Shown here in pieces: positions 1 through 11,817 of a stretch of DNA of 64,000 nucleotides (positions are counted from its first letter, which is position 1; every line of letters starts with the position of its first letter). Both the position numbers and the translations under genes were made by a program. Source of the DNA: Octopus sinensis (taxonomy: Eukaryota); assembly GCF_006345805.1 (NCBI RefSeq), contig NC_043011.1, forward strand, positions 48,682,464 to 48,746,463, read 5' to 3'. The notes beneath the pieces were generated by a model. The model searched no databases and was not told where the DNA came from. It was given only the letters and a program-made list of their open reading frames with translations.

Positions 1-245
1 AGCAAGGCCTTCTCAATTAAGTCTTTCTAATGGACATGTTGCACTCAGATTTAAGAATTAAAAATTGGCTTCCATTATTTTAAACACAAAAGGAAAGACT
101 ATTGAATGAAACTTAGCTAAAATATTCAAAACATCAGTCATTAAACATATAGTTATCTCTTTCACATACACCCCCTCTCTCTCTCTCTTGCTATTTCTCT
201 CACTATTTCTTGCGTGTTTTCTTTTTTACATTTTGATTTTTACAG

Positions 246-351
246 CTTTGTTAAGCGGAGAAGTGGAAGTGCATATGACTTTTTTTCCAATCATCAAAGA
301 CTAGTTAGAAGAATAGAAGAAGGTTATCTTCAAACCAGATATCCAACCTGA
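246..351 (+). CDS. Candidate terminal coding exon, unknown product (xFVKRRSGSAYDFFSNHQRLVRRIEEGYLQTRYPT*)
   Basis: Long pyrimidine tract ending tttacag at 245; 35 codons to TGA at 349-351; AATAAA at 419-424. No family recognised. Confidence 0.3.
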
Positions 352-1330
352 ATATTCGCAACAATGTGATTACACCACTAATGGCACTGAAGGTGCGAGA
401 GCATGTTGTTAAAAGTAAAATAAAAATACCATTCAAAAACAGGTAAAAAAATTTTCTCCTCTTGGCTTCCTGGTAGTTTTCTTTTCATTCAAAAGGCTTT
501 GATCCACTCAGGGCTATGATAATAAAAACACTCACCCAAGGTGCCAAGTACTGGAATTGAACTTGAAACCATTCAGCTTCAAAGCAAATTTCTTAATGAT
601 GTAGCCATTTCTATGCCCATAAGGTTGCGTTTCTCTTTGCTTCTCTTTGTTTCATCCAGAAGATGAGTTTTTTTTTTTTTTCTTGTAAATGAACTTCAAG
701 AACTGCTAGCATGGGTGATGTAGTAGGGGTGTGAACAACACACCTGCTCATTCAACAGTCTGCCGCCAGACTAATCGAATCAATAGAAATTATTATTAAT
801 ACTCTTATACTTTGTTGTTAGATGCACCACCAGCAACATTTCTTCTGTGACCAATAATCTCACCTTAAGTATAAATGTTTCTATGATAAATGTATAACAG
901 AATTAGATTCGGTTTCTCTCCTTCTATCTGTCACTTCTTCCTCTCTTTCTCTCTCTTCTATCCGTAACGCTGGAAATAATTCTAAACACAAATATTTCTC
1001 CCATCAATTTTTTTTAACAGTCAACAGTTTTAGTTTTTGTTGTTATTTAATTAACTTAAGCTATTTAATTAATTAATTATTTCCAATAATTTCTCTTCTT
1101 ATTTTTCATAAAGTACTGAAAAAATTTTTATATTTATTATTATTATTTTCAAAATTTTTTTTGTCCTTTCGTCTTTGCATAAGTGTTCCTCTCACAGTTA
1201 AAAAACAAAAAAAACAAAAAAGGACAATTTGTACTGTGTAAAATCTAGGTATAGAACAGGTGTGGACACATTTTTTCCCTTTGTCTTTCAGAAAACTTCA
1301 GTCAGATTTGGCGCCATATAAAGAGTTTAA

Positions 1331-1550
1331 CCCTTTCATTACTGTATTTATTTTGAGATGCTCTGTGTTTCTTTCAATTATTTTAAATGTAACAAAGAAT
1401 TTAGTAAAATAACTTACTTATCGTTCAGCTAGTGTTTGGAACATAAATTGTGACTAAGGTTTGGTGGAAGATTTTAATTCAAAACTTATGAAAACATGAC
1501 ATTTACACTCAGAGCCAGGGCCGGTTTCAGCCGGTTTGCAAATGAAAGGT
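1331..1550. mobile_element. piggyBac-like MITE
   Basis: TTAA at 1327-1330 and 1551-1554 flanking imperfect TIRs (CCCTTTCATT...AATGAAAGGT); same family recurs inverted at 63940. Confidence 0.8.
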
Positions 1551-1654
1551 TTAAGACAAAGTTCAGACCATGGACCGTGTCACACTAGCACTCATTAGCT
1601 TTAATATTGGTAATCATGCCAGTTCTTCTGCTGTATTATTACTAGTATTATTGT

Positions 1655-2100
1655 TCTTCAGTAGTTTTATTTTTTATAGCGTGCTTTCACTTCACTACCG
1701 AGTGCAACTCTGTGTGCCTTGGGTATGTGTTGTGATTTGTTGTGATGCTCTGATGGTTACTGTATGGAAAGTGTTCTGCACAGGATGTGTGCAGTGCCTA
1801 GTAGTGCAATTTTCTGTATGTTATATGTGTTTGTAAGTCCTGGTGTTTTTGTTATGTATTTGTCTGAATATTTTTTTATCATGCCTAATGCACCTACTAT
1901 GATAGGAATTGTTTCTGTTTTCAGATTCCACATTCTGGTTACCTCTATTTCCAGGTCTTTGTATTTTGAAAGTTTCTCCATTTCTTTTAGAGATACGTTG
2001 TCATCTGTTGGTATTGATACATCAATTAGAAAGCATTTTTTTCTTCATGATCTCTGACAACTATATCTGGTATGTTGGCCTTAATTTCTCTATCTGTGTG
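1655..2100 (-). mobile_element. 5'-truncated R4/Dong (NeSL/R2-group) non-LTR retrotransposon: restriction-like endonuclease C-terminus plus 3'UTR
   Basis: HTDREIKANIPDIVVRDHEE / KCFLIDVSIPTDDNVSLKEMEKLSKYKDLEIEVTRMWNLKTETIPIIVGALG...QKIALLGTAHIL matches the RPD..D..K..KY RLE motif; frameshift in the A-run near 2040; TAA-like repeats on both flanks. Confidence 0.85.
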
Positions 2101-2154
2101 TATATTATTACTATTATTATTATTGTTATTATTATCATTATTATTATTATTAAT

Positions 2155-2330
2155 CATCATTATTTAACATTTGTTTTCCATGCTGGTATGGGTTACACAG
2201 TTTGACTGGAGATAGTAAGCTGGAGAGCTGGACAAGGCTCCAGTTTGTTTTAGTTTGGTTTCTACGAGTTGGTGCCCTTCCTAATGCCAACCACTATAGA
2301 GAGGGTACAGCGTGCCTCTTATGTGTCACA
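2155..2330 (-). mobile_element. SINE family B 3' fragment ((GAT)n-tailed)
   Basis: Reverse complement of ...ttaggaagggca...ccatgc.agcatggaaa...gttaaa.gatgatg seen in other copies. Confidence 0.7.
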
Positions 2331-2349
2331 TTGTGTAAAGTTTAAGCCT

Positions 2350-2575
2350 GCAACATTTATAACCATATCAGGACAATTACCCCTCATGGGACAATCCCCT
2401 CCGCCCTGACGACAACTACCCTCTAGGACAATCCCCCAGCAACGACAACTATCCCCTTGGACAATTATCCCCTCCCCTTAGTTAATTACCCCTCTGCAAT
2501 ATATTAAGAAGTTTTAAATCATCATCTGTTGTCCATGGAGGTTATTGTCCATGGGGGGTTAATGTTGTAGACTTT
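2350..2575. repeat. Element built of GGACAATTNCCCC-like direct repeats followed by inverted copies
   Basis: About six (g)gacaa(t/c)t(a)cccc-like motifs at 2350-2495, then gttattgtcc/gttgtcc reverse copies at 2528-2560. Confidence 0.5.
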
Positions 2576-2589
2576 TTATAACACTGCTT

Positions 2590-2772
2590 ATGTTTCATAC
2601 AGTTCTATATTTAAGAGATGAGGAATTATGTACACTATTTACATTTGACGGATATTTGTCCTCATCTTGTTTGTTGTTAACACAACGTTTCAGCTGATAT
2701 ATCCGTCAGCCTTCATCAGGTGTCTTGGGGAAATTTCGAACCTGGGTCCTCGTTCCTAAGGTATTTTTCAAT
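2590..2772 (-). mobile_element. Penelope-like element terminal repeat (pLTR) fragment
   Basis: Homologous to 56022-56186 and 56292-56460; contains a hammerhead motif; preceded on the minus strand by (AAT)n. Confidence 0.7.
2679..2724 (-). ncRNA. Minimal type I hammerhead ribozyme motif
   Basis: gacac-CTGATGA-aggctg..cagct-GAAAC-GTT-gtgtt: stem I gacac/gtgtt, stem II gctg/cagc, palindromic stem III AACGTT. Confidence 0.65.
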
Positions 2773-2799
2773 ATATTATTATTATTATTATTATTATTG

Positions 2800-3260
2800 A
2801 GTGAGAGAGCAGAGCTTGCCGTCAAAGTGACATTGGGGTAAAATATACGTAGCCCAGTATACCCATCGTGACTACCCATCTGATAAGGGTACACCAAGCA
2901 TATGCATTACAACCATATGTGCGTGACATGGTGATCTCATATCAAGATAAACAGCGCATGACCTGGCTGGTGGAGCCCAGTTAGAATTTTCTTTTGGTCG
3001 AGTAGCCCATCTCACTCAAAAGGTCCCTGAATAAGTATTAAGGATATTGACCAAAACACCCATGTTTCCGAAGGTGAATTATCCAAACCCCAAAGAATTC
3101 CTCTCAACCCATGGTCATGATGCTCCCCCAATACTTCTGCTCGTGATCAGAGATGCAAATATCATCAGCCACTAAGGGACCATGGTCAACTGGTTAAAGT
3201 CAAACAACTGACAAGCAAATCTGTGGTATTGAGCAGAATATGTGCTGAACTTTGATTTTA
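2800..3260 (-). mobile_element. Interspersed repeat, probable non-LTR retrotransposon 3' fragment with (AAT)n tail
   Basis: GC-richer block ending on the minus strand in (AAT)n at 2775-2800; no intact ORF. Confidence 0.45.
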
Positions 3261-3406
3261 TGGTCCTCATTGTTTAGCTCCAAAGAAGAACTGTCTGGGC
3301 AGATTTATGATCAAATTTATTCTTGCCAGGTTCAGGCAATATTTTATTCAACATTAGTAGATCTAAAGATAAATTCTATAATATATCCGTTTCTGTCCTT
3401 CTTTAA

Positions 3407-4384
3407 CCATTTAGCATTAAGATTATTCTTTGAAATGTAATGCTTATTCATTCACATAGTTTTATATTTAATCATGCTTTATCTTGTAACTCAAGATTTC
3501 GATGATGTGATTATTTAAATCCAGTTAGTCTGAACATAAAACAGATCGAATATCTGGGCCAAGATTTCAATGCTGTGACAGTTTAGATCCAGTTTGTTTC
3601 AACATAAACAGATCGAATATCTGGGCCAAGATTTCAGTGATGTGAAGTTTAGATCCAGTTTGTTTCAACATAAACAGATAGAATATCTGGGCCAAGATTT
3701 CAATGCTGTGACAGTTTAGATCCAGTTTGTTTCAACATAAACAGATAGAATATCTGGGCCAAGATTTCAGTGATGTGACAGTTTAGATCCAGTTTGAATA
3801 TAAAACAGATACAGTATCTGGGCCAAGATTTCAATGCTGGGACAATTTAATCCAGTTTGTTTCAACATAAACAGATCGAATATCTGGGCCAAGATTTCAG
3901 TGATGTGAAGTTTAGATCCAGTTTGTTTCAACATAAACAGATAGAATATCTGGGCCAAGATTTCAATGCTGTGATAGTTTAGATCCAGTTTGTTTCAACA
4001 TAAACAGATCGAATATCTGGGCCAAGATTTCAGTGATGTGAAGTTTAGATCCAGTTTGTTTCAACATAAAACAGATAGAATATCTGGGCCAAGATTTCAG
4101 TGATGTGAAGTTTAGATCCAGTTTGTTTCAACATAAACAGATCGAATATCTGGGCCAAGATTTCAGTGATGTGAAGTTTAGATCCAGTTTGTTTCAACAT
4201 AAACAGATAGAATATCTGGGCCAAGATTTCAATGCTGTGACAGTTTAGATCCAGTTTGTTTCAACATAAACAGATCGAAATCTGGGCCAAGATTTCAGTG
4301 ATGTGACAGTTTAGATCCAGTTTGTTTGAGCATAAAACAGATCGAATATCTGGGCCAGATTGAGCTGGTTTAAGTGCTAAAAGG
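3407..4384. mobile_element. piggyBac-like MITE inflated by an internal minisatellite
   Basis: TTAA at 3403-3406 and 4385-4388; TIRs CCATTTAGCA / TGCTAAAAGG. Confidence 0.8.
3520..4357. repeat. Minisatellite, 13 copies of a ~66-67 bp unit
   Basis: tctgggcca recurs 13 times from 3553 to 4349 at ~66-bp spacing. Confidence 0.95.
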
Positions 4385-4898
4385 TTAAAGAATATATGGC
4401 GTGATTGAGAGAGACTTCGTGACTATATCTAGCCCGTTGAGAGAGCACACAGTGCCCTACTCCTGCCTTATTTATGTATCAAATAGCTCTTTGTTGCATC
4501 AGAGCAAGCAGGTTTAGCAGGTTTGGATGTATGCTAAAGAACATAATGAATCTAAGAGGTAAATGTTACACTTTGTTCTACGTACATTAAATATCACCTC
4601 TTTCTCTCTCTCTCTCTATATATATATATAAATATATGTGTTTATATGTATGTGGGTGTGTGAGTGTGTGCATGTGTACATATTTATATATATATATATG
4701 CACAGGTAAATACACACATATGCACACACATAAACACATACATGCCACAGAATCAGCAGCAGTAATATCCAAACTCTCTGTTTCACTCCGTTCACTTTTC
4801 TCTGCAACTTCCCCGGGATGATCAAATGACATTTATTTTTAAATGTTCTTTGCAGCTTCTAGTTGCCAATATATTTTTTTTTAGAGTAAAAAATTTAC

Positions 4899-5110
4899 GA
4901 AGAAGAAGAAGAAAATGAAGAAGAAGAAGAAGAAGAAGAAGAAGAAGAAGAAGAAGAAGAAGAAGAAGAAGAAGAAAATGAAGAAGGAGAAGAAAAAGAA
5001 GAAGAAGAAGAAGAAGAAGAAGAAGAAACAGAAGGAGAAAAAGAGGAAGAAAACAACAACAAGAAAAAGGAGGGGGAGGAGGGGGAGGAGGGGGAGGAGG
5101 AGGAGGAGGA
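4899..5110. repeat. (GAA)n / (GGA)n polypurine microsatellite
   Basis: Direct reading. Confidence 0.95.
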
Positions 5111-5495
5111 GATACAAAACAGCACCCACATCAAACTTTAAGAGAGTCTATTTATAGACTGCCTGAGGTAGTGTAGGTTTGTTATGTGGTGGAATTTGTG
5201 TAAGATTTTCTGTTTTGTTTTGTTTTTTTTTATCTCTGGGAATTCTAAATTTGAAAGAAAAATGAAAATTTACAGGTTACAGGAAAAAATAAATAAATAA
5301 ATAAATAAACCTTAAAACACTTAATAAAGTATTACCCATCATGTGCGTAACATAAATATGCAAAACTTGAAAATAGTCCATTTTATGTTTGTTTGTTTTT
5401 TTAATATGATAAAGAGGTAAAAGGATCCATTCTCATCATCATCATCACTATCACTGTCATCATCATCATCCTCACCACTATCACCATGTATATAC

Positions 5496-5549
<54 letters not shown>

Positions 5550-5579
5550 ATATATATATTTGTATGTGTGTGTGTGATT

Positions 5580-5777
5580 CTATGTTTTTGTCCCCCAACC
5601 CATCACCTGACAACTGATGCTGGTGTGTTCATGTCCCCAAAACTTAGCTGTTTAGCAAAACCAGACTGATAGAATAAGCACTGGGCTTACACAGAATAAG
5701 TCCTGGGGTTGATTTGTTCAACTAAACTCAGGGCTCCAGTATGACCACAGTCAAATGACTGAAAAATGTAAAAGAGA

Positions 5778-5811
<34 letters not shown>

Positions 5812-6041
5812 ATGTGTGTGTTTGTGTGTGTGTGTGGTGTGTGTGTGTCTGTCCCCACCTATCACCACTTGGCAACCGGTGTTGGTGTGTTTACATCCCT
5901 GTAACTTAACGGTTTGGCAAAGAGACTAATAGAATAAGTACTAGGCTTACAAAATTAAGTCCTGGTGTCAATTTGCGCAGCTAAAAAGCTCGTCAAAGCA
6001 GTGGCTCAGCATAGCCAAAATCTTATGATTGAAACAAATAA
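5580..6041 (+). mobile_element. Two tandem 3' halves of SINE family A
   Basis: gtcccc..tggtgt..gatagaataag..gaaac motif twice, each preceded by a (TA)/(TG) tract. Confidence 0.8.
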
Positions 6042-6045
6042 ATGG

Positions 6046-6202
6046 TGGTAAGTAGCTTGCTAACCAACCACATGGTTCCGGGTTCAGTCCCACTGCGTGG
6101 CATCTTGGGCAAGTGTCTTCTGCTATAGCCCCGGGCCGACCAATGCCTTATGAGTGGATTTGGTAGGCAGAAACTGAAAGAAGCCTGTCGTATATATGTA
6201 TG

Positions 6203-6239
<37 letters not shown>

Positions 6240-6451
6240 ATAATTGTGTGTCTGTGTTTGTCCCCCTAGTGTTGCTTGACAACCGATGCTGGTGTGTTTA
6301 CGTCCCCGTCACTTAGCGGTTCGGCAAAAGAGACTGATAGAATAAGTACTGGGCTTACAAAGAATAAGTCCCGGGGTCGATTTGCTCGACTAAAGACGGT
6401 GCTCCAGCATGGCTGCAGTCAAATGACTGAAACAAGTAAAAGAGTAAAGAG
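6046..6451 (+). mobile_element. SINE family A (tRNA-derived head, internal (TA)n(TG)n, (GAGTAAAA) tail), near full length
   Basis: B-box-like GGTTCAGTCCC; near-identical to 43820-44268. Confidence 0.9.
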
Positions 6452-7044
6452 TATACAGGATGGAATTAGGACTGATTTGAGAATAGCAACTCCTATCCTT
6501 ACCAAGAATGAAGGAGGAATAACAAAAACAACCCCTAATATTTAAGTTTATGGAAACTATTTCAATGCTTTGTAATTAGCAAATATTTTAGTGAAGCAAG
6601 AATAATTAGTGATTGACTTGCTATGCAGAAGACAGGTTTATGGGATCCACTTTGGGAATTTTGTTGGAATGAGGTAAAAGAGAAAAGTAAAAATAAAGCA
6701 CTTAAAGAATGTAAAGTGGAAAGGTTTGAAAGAAATATAACAGAAGTTGATGACTGTATATAATGAAGAGGAGAAGGAGAGAAGAAAGGGCGAGGCAAAA
6801 GAGGAATGTGAAGAATAAGAAAGAGAGAATAAGGAAGGAAAACATGAGGAAAAATAAAAGAAGTGGAAGAAGCACCAAAGAAGTATGGTAAAAGGAAAAC
6901 AAATGTTGATGTTGATGATGTTGATGATGATGATGATGATGATGATGGTGAAAAGTAAAGCAGAGAAGCAAAACAGAAGTTGCGAAAGAGAGGAAGAATA
7001 TAAATTAAAGCAGGAAAGAATCAAAGAAAAAAATAATAATCAAA

Positions 7045-7101
7045 GACAAGGGGAAAATAATAATAATAATAATAATAATAATAGTAATAATAATAACAAT
7101 G

Positions 7102-7159
<58 letters not shown>

Positions 7160-7160
7160 T
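7045..7160. repeat. (AAT)n microsatellite
   Basis: Direct reading. Confidence 0.95.
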
Positions 7161-7599
7161 AAGACTGGAAAACTAGCATCAAAGATTGGGAGAGGGAAAA
7201 GGAAAAATCAAAGAAGAATCGAAGAATCACCGAAGTGCAGAGAAGACAGATGATGATCAAAGTAAGAAGAAACCAAAAAAAAAAATTGAATTAAATGAAA
7301 CAAAAAAAAAAAAAATTAAATGAAAGAAAAGAAAACAGAAAATAAAGAAAATGCCAAATAGAAATGAAGGAGGATTGGAAAGGAAATAAAATGAAATAAA
7401 ATAAAATAAAATAAACTAAAATAAAATAGCTGGAAATTATTGAAAATGCTTGCTCTGCACTTAATCTCATTCATTTTCAGAGTTTACTTTCTTCATTTCT
7501 CCACACCTCAACTTTTTATTCTTTTGGTTAGATCACTCTTGCTTTCTTTCTTCCATCAACAGTTAACATTTGGTCTCCATTTCTTTGTATTTCTTGCGA

Positions 7600-7631
<32 letters not shown>

Positions 7632-7653
7632 TTTTTATTATTATTATTATTAT

Positions 7654-7691
<38 letters not shown>

Positions 7692-7719
7692 TAGTAGTGG
7701 TAGTGGTGGTGGTGGTGTG

Positions 7720-7764
<45 letters not shown>

Positions 7765-7765
7765 A
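7600..7765. repeat. (TAG)n/(TTA)n/(TGG)n compound microsatellite
   Basis: Direct reading. Confidence 0.95.
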
Positions 7766-8340
7766 TACTTTGATCTAATATGCGACCGTGATAGTTCGTT
7801 CTTTGTTGACCACAAAAGTACATCCACACAATATAAAATGAGCGTTACAAAAACATGCGATATATATTATGTTGCTTTCCTTTATGATCCCTAAACTGCA
7901 ACAAAACTATACTTGTATACAAATAATATCGTGGCCTGAATATGATAGGGATTTACTTCTTTGGTTACCCCACTAACTGACCACTAAACAGCAAAAATAA
8001 AATTCCCCTATCAAACCAGAATAAATTTCTTCACTTTCCTTTCTATCAACCTACACCCTACAAACACATACATAACTCCTATTCTTCCAAACTACCCACT
8101 TCCTACATGATTACTTCTCCTGTCTACCTGTTACATACAGAACTATCATTCACGTTACTCCACCTATAAAAAGCAGTCTATTAAGGACTATATAAAGCCA
8201 ATGTAAATCACAGTTTGATGAAGGTAAACAAACTAATACTTTGAAGCCATTGTCAAGCTTTACTTTGAAGAAGTTAACAAAGATATAGTTATGAAATCTT
8301 ATTTAGCAATAATGAAATTCCAATTTCTTGACAAATTGTT

Positions 8341-8727
8341 TTACTCTTTTACTCTTTTACTTGTTTCAGTCATTTGACTGTGGACACGCTGGAGCACTGC
8401 CTTTAGTTGAGCAAATCGACCCCAGGACTTATTCTTTTGTAAGCCTAGTACTTATTGTATTGGTCTCTTTTGCTGAACTGCTAAGTTACAGGAACGTAAA
8501 CACACCAGCATTGGTTGGCAAGTGATGTTGGGGGAACAAACACAGACACACAAACACACACACACACACAAATACATATATATATACATATATGCAACGG
8601 GCTTCTTTTAGTTTCCATCTACCAAATCCACTCACAAGGCTTTGGTCGGTCCGAGGCTATGGTAGTAAACACTTGCCCAAGGTGCCATGCAGTGGTAAAC
8701 AAGCTACTTACCACACAGCCACTCCTG
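8341..8727 (-). mobile_element. SINE family A
   Basis: Reverse complement of family A from tail to head (ccacacagccactcc). Confidence 0.9.
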
Positions 8728-9303
8728 CGTTAACAAAGATGTAGATGATGAAATTTTATTTAACAATAATGAAGTACTAATTTCTTGACCAATTGTTTTG
8801 TAACTGAAAACATGTAAATAATTTATATTGTTTTATCTAATAAATAAATAGATTACCTAAATGCTTACTTTAATGCAAACAGCAAAAATCCTTCAAAATA
8901 ATGGAGAATTTAAGCTATGCCCTCAGCTAAAAGAAAGTCCTTTTCATGACTACCAGTGGATTACTTGAATGAATATATTATGACTTCAATTTATATATAT
9001 ATATACAGAACAAGTAATGAGGAATTATCAATCCAGACAAAATACTTCATAAGCTCTCTGTTGGTACACCAGGCAAACAATATTATTTAGCTTAGTGAAG
9101 AACTCCGAATAAACTTGTGGCAAGGTCCAAGGTTATGGTTCATCACAATTCCATGTGTTAGATCCATGGATGGGCTCCAAGCAAACTGGTTTTCGCACAG
9201 ATTGGTATATAAGAAGCAAGTTAAAAACAATGGTTATTACATTTGCTCCAATAAATGAAAATATGTAATGACCCTTATTTTCAACTTGTTTCTTATATAA
9301 ATG

Positions 9304-9540
9304 TGGAGGTATGTGGCTTAGTGGTTAGGGTGTCAGCATCATGATCATAAGATTGTGGTTTCGATTCCTGGACCGGGCGACTCGTTATGTTCTTGAGCAA
9401 AACACTTCATTTCAGCTGGTAAAAATGAGTAACGCTGCGATGGACTGGCGTCCTGTCCAGGTGGGGGACACATCCGCCATAGAAACCAGGAAACCGGGCC
9501 CATGAGCCTGACTAGGCTTTAAAAGGGTGCATTTATTTGT
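9304..9540 (+). mobile_element. tRNA-derived SINE with CORE-like segment
   Basis: A box tggcttagtgg, B box gtttcgattcc, ttcttgagcaaaacactt segment; tail shared with 13634-13925. Confidence 0.8.
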
Positions 9541-10018
9541 TTTTTATTTTTCTTATATAAATACATTCACGCATACACATATACATATACATTCACGCAT
9601 ACACATATACATATACACACACACTCACACTCACACAAGCAAATGCACACACACACACACTCATAAACAAGCATGTATATAAAACAACCATACAGAGGTT
9701 CCACTCGTCACCTTGACATTCAATAGTCTGATAGTCATGTCACCTCAAACTGGACACCATTTTAAAGATGGTCAACAAAGAGGAGTTCATTGTAAACTAT
9801 TCGACCTTTGGACATATTTACTACAGTGAAAGTTTCGCAGGGCTTCACAGAATCTTACTTCAACAGCTCATTAGTGCTACATGTGTGTGTGTATATGTGT
9901 CTGTACATGAGTATATGCATACGTGTGTATGTATGAATGTGGTGCTTTAGCATTCCTACATGATCATGATGAAAACTAACTAAAAAGAATAAAGAATGGA
10001 TGAAAATCCGTATATGCA

Positions 10019-10465
10019 CAGGAGTGGCTGTGTGGTAAGTAGCTTGCTTACCAATCACATGGTTCTGGGTTTATTCCCACTGCATGGCACCTTGGGAAAA
10101 TGTTTTCTACTATAGCCTTGGGCCGACCAAAGCCTTATGAGTGGATTTGTAGGCGGAAACTGAAAGAAGCCCATTGTGTGTGTATATAAATATATATATA
10201 TATACATATGTATATATATATATGTATATATGTATGTATGTATGTATGTGTGTGTGTGAATATGTTTGTGTGTCTATGTTTGTCACCCACAACTTCGCTT
10301 GACAGCTGATGCTGGTTTGTTGATGTCCCCGTAACTAAGTTTGACAAAAGAGTCCGATAGAATAAGAACTAGGCTTACAAAGAATAAGTCCTGGGGTCGA
10401 TTTGTTCGACTAAAGGTGGTGCTCCAGCATGGTTACAGTCAAATGACTGAAACGAGTAAAAGAGT
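10019..10465 (+). mobile_element. SINE family A
   Basis: Full head, microsatellite and tail. Confidence 0.9.
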
Positions 10466-10550
10466 ATGCATTTATGAATGCATTTTTATATGTATATATG
10501 CATGAAATTATATATGAATTTTTATATACGTCTGTAAATTTACAGGTGTA

Positions 10551-10750
10551 CAAGGAGTGCTGAAAAGTTTCTGGCTGTCAGTAAAAGAAAATGCAGCGGG
10601 GTCAGCTAATAATGGTTCTATTCAACTTATTCCACTCTCAGTGCAGCAGTCCTTCAGTTTTTTTAGCCCTGTAAAAGAACTCTGAAAGCTAGGGCTCCAG
10701 CTAGGCCTTTCATGATACCCTTAAACCAGGAACTTTTCAGCACGCCTTTG
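10551..10750. mobile_element. mariner-like MITE
   Basis: TA flanks; TIRs CAAGGAGTGCTGAAAAGTTTCTGG / CCAGGAACTTTTCAGCACGCCTTTG. Confidence 0.8.
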
Positions 10751-11494
10751 TATGTAGGTTGTAATGGTTTGATTATTCGAATTTCTTTCCATTAGAGAGA
10801 AATATATATGGACTGTAACTCTTATATAAGCCTATATGTAAGTCAAGTGCTTTTTATTTCATTTATAAAATTTCTCCCCAACAGAGAAAGAGCTAGTTTC
10901 CAGCCTACAAAACAAGATTCCTTCACAGACATTCAGACAACATCAATTAGGCAGTCATTTATGCATGTATATGACTGTGTTTATGTCTCTTGTGAATATG
11001 TACCTTCTGACTTGCATATGTGTACATATACACATATACGTTGGTTAGTATATGTGAGTGTATTTATACTTGCTAAAGACTAAACTCCTGTAACATTTTA
11101 TATTGTTGAAGTTCCATTAATGGCTTATAATTGTAATTTCTTAACCAAATCTTTTCTGGTTATGTGAAGTGCAGCTTATTAAGATTGGCGCTGAGACAGT
11201 TAATTCCATAAGCAAGTGTTTCAATGGTTACAAGTGTAAATTTAAAGTTGTAGTCTAGCTGTAGCGTCAGCAAATTTCTCATTAATTCAGCATAGATACT
11301 TTATTTTTTTTCTCTCTTACTTTTAACACTGAGCTATCATCTGTCGAACAACTGATTTCTACAACTGTGCCTACTTTCTTTTCTCTCTGTCCTGAATCAT
11401 TATGTCTGGTTTGTTTTACCGAGATTTTAACAAGAACATTCTACAAGCATTCATTTATGTTATGAGTGAATGTGTTGTTGACTTTACTATTACG

Positions 11495-11817
11495 TTTTTT
11501 TGTGCCGGTGGCACATAAAAAGTACCATCCATTCGTGTGTTGCCAGCCTCGCCTGGCCCCTGTGCCGGTGGCACATAAAAGCACCATTCGTTCGTGGCCA
11601 TTTGCCAGCTCTGTCTGGCACATGTGCGGGTGGAACGTAAAAAGCACCCACTACACTCACGGAGTGGTTGGCGTTAGGAAGGGCATCCAGCCGTAGAAAC
11701 ACTGCCAGATCTGACTGGGCCTGATGAAGCCTTCCGGCTTCACAGACCCCAGTTGAACCGTCCAACCCATGCTAGCATGGAAAACGGATGCTTAACGATG
11801 ATGATGATGATGATGAT
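11495..11817 (+). mobile_element. SINE family B (internal GTGCC-NNN-GGCAC repeat units, (GAT)n tail)
   Basis: Three gtgccggtggcac-type units, then ggttggcgttaggaagggcatccagc and a GAT tail. Confidence 0.85.

Noticed and set aside
3520-4357. CRISPR-like array
   Set aside because: Units are contiguous near-identical repeats with no unique spacers, and they lie inside a eukaryotic MITE.
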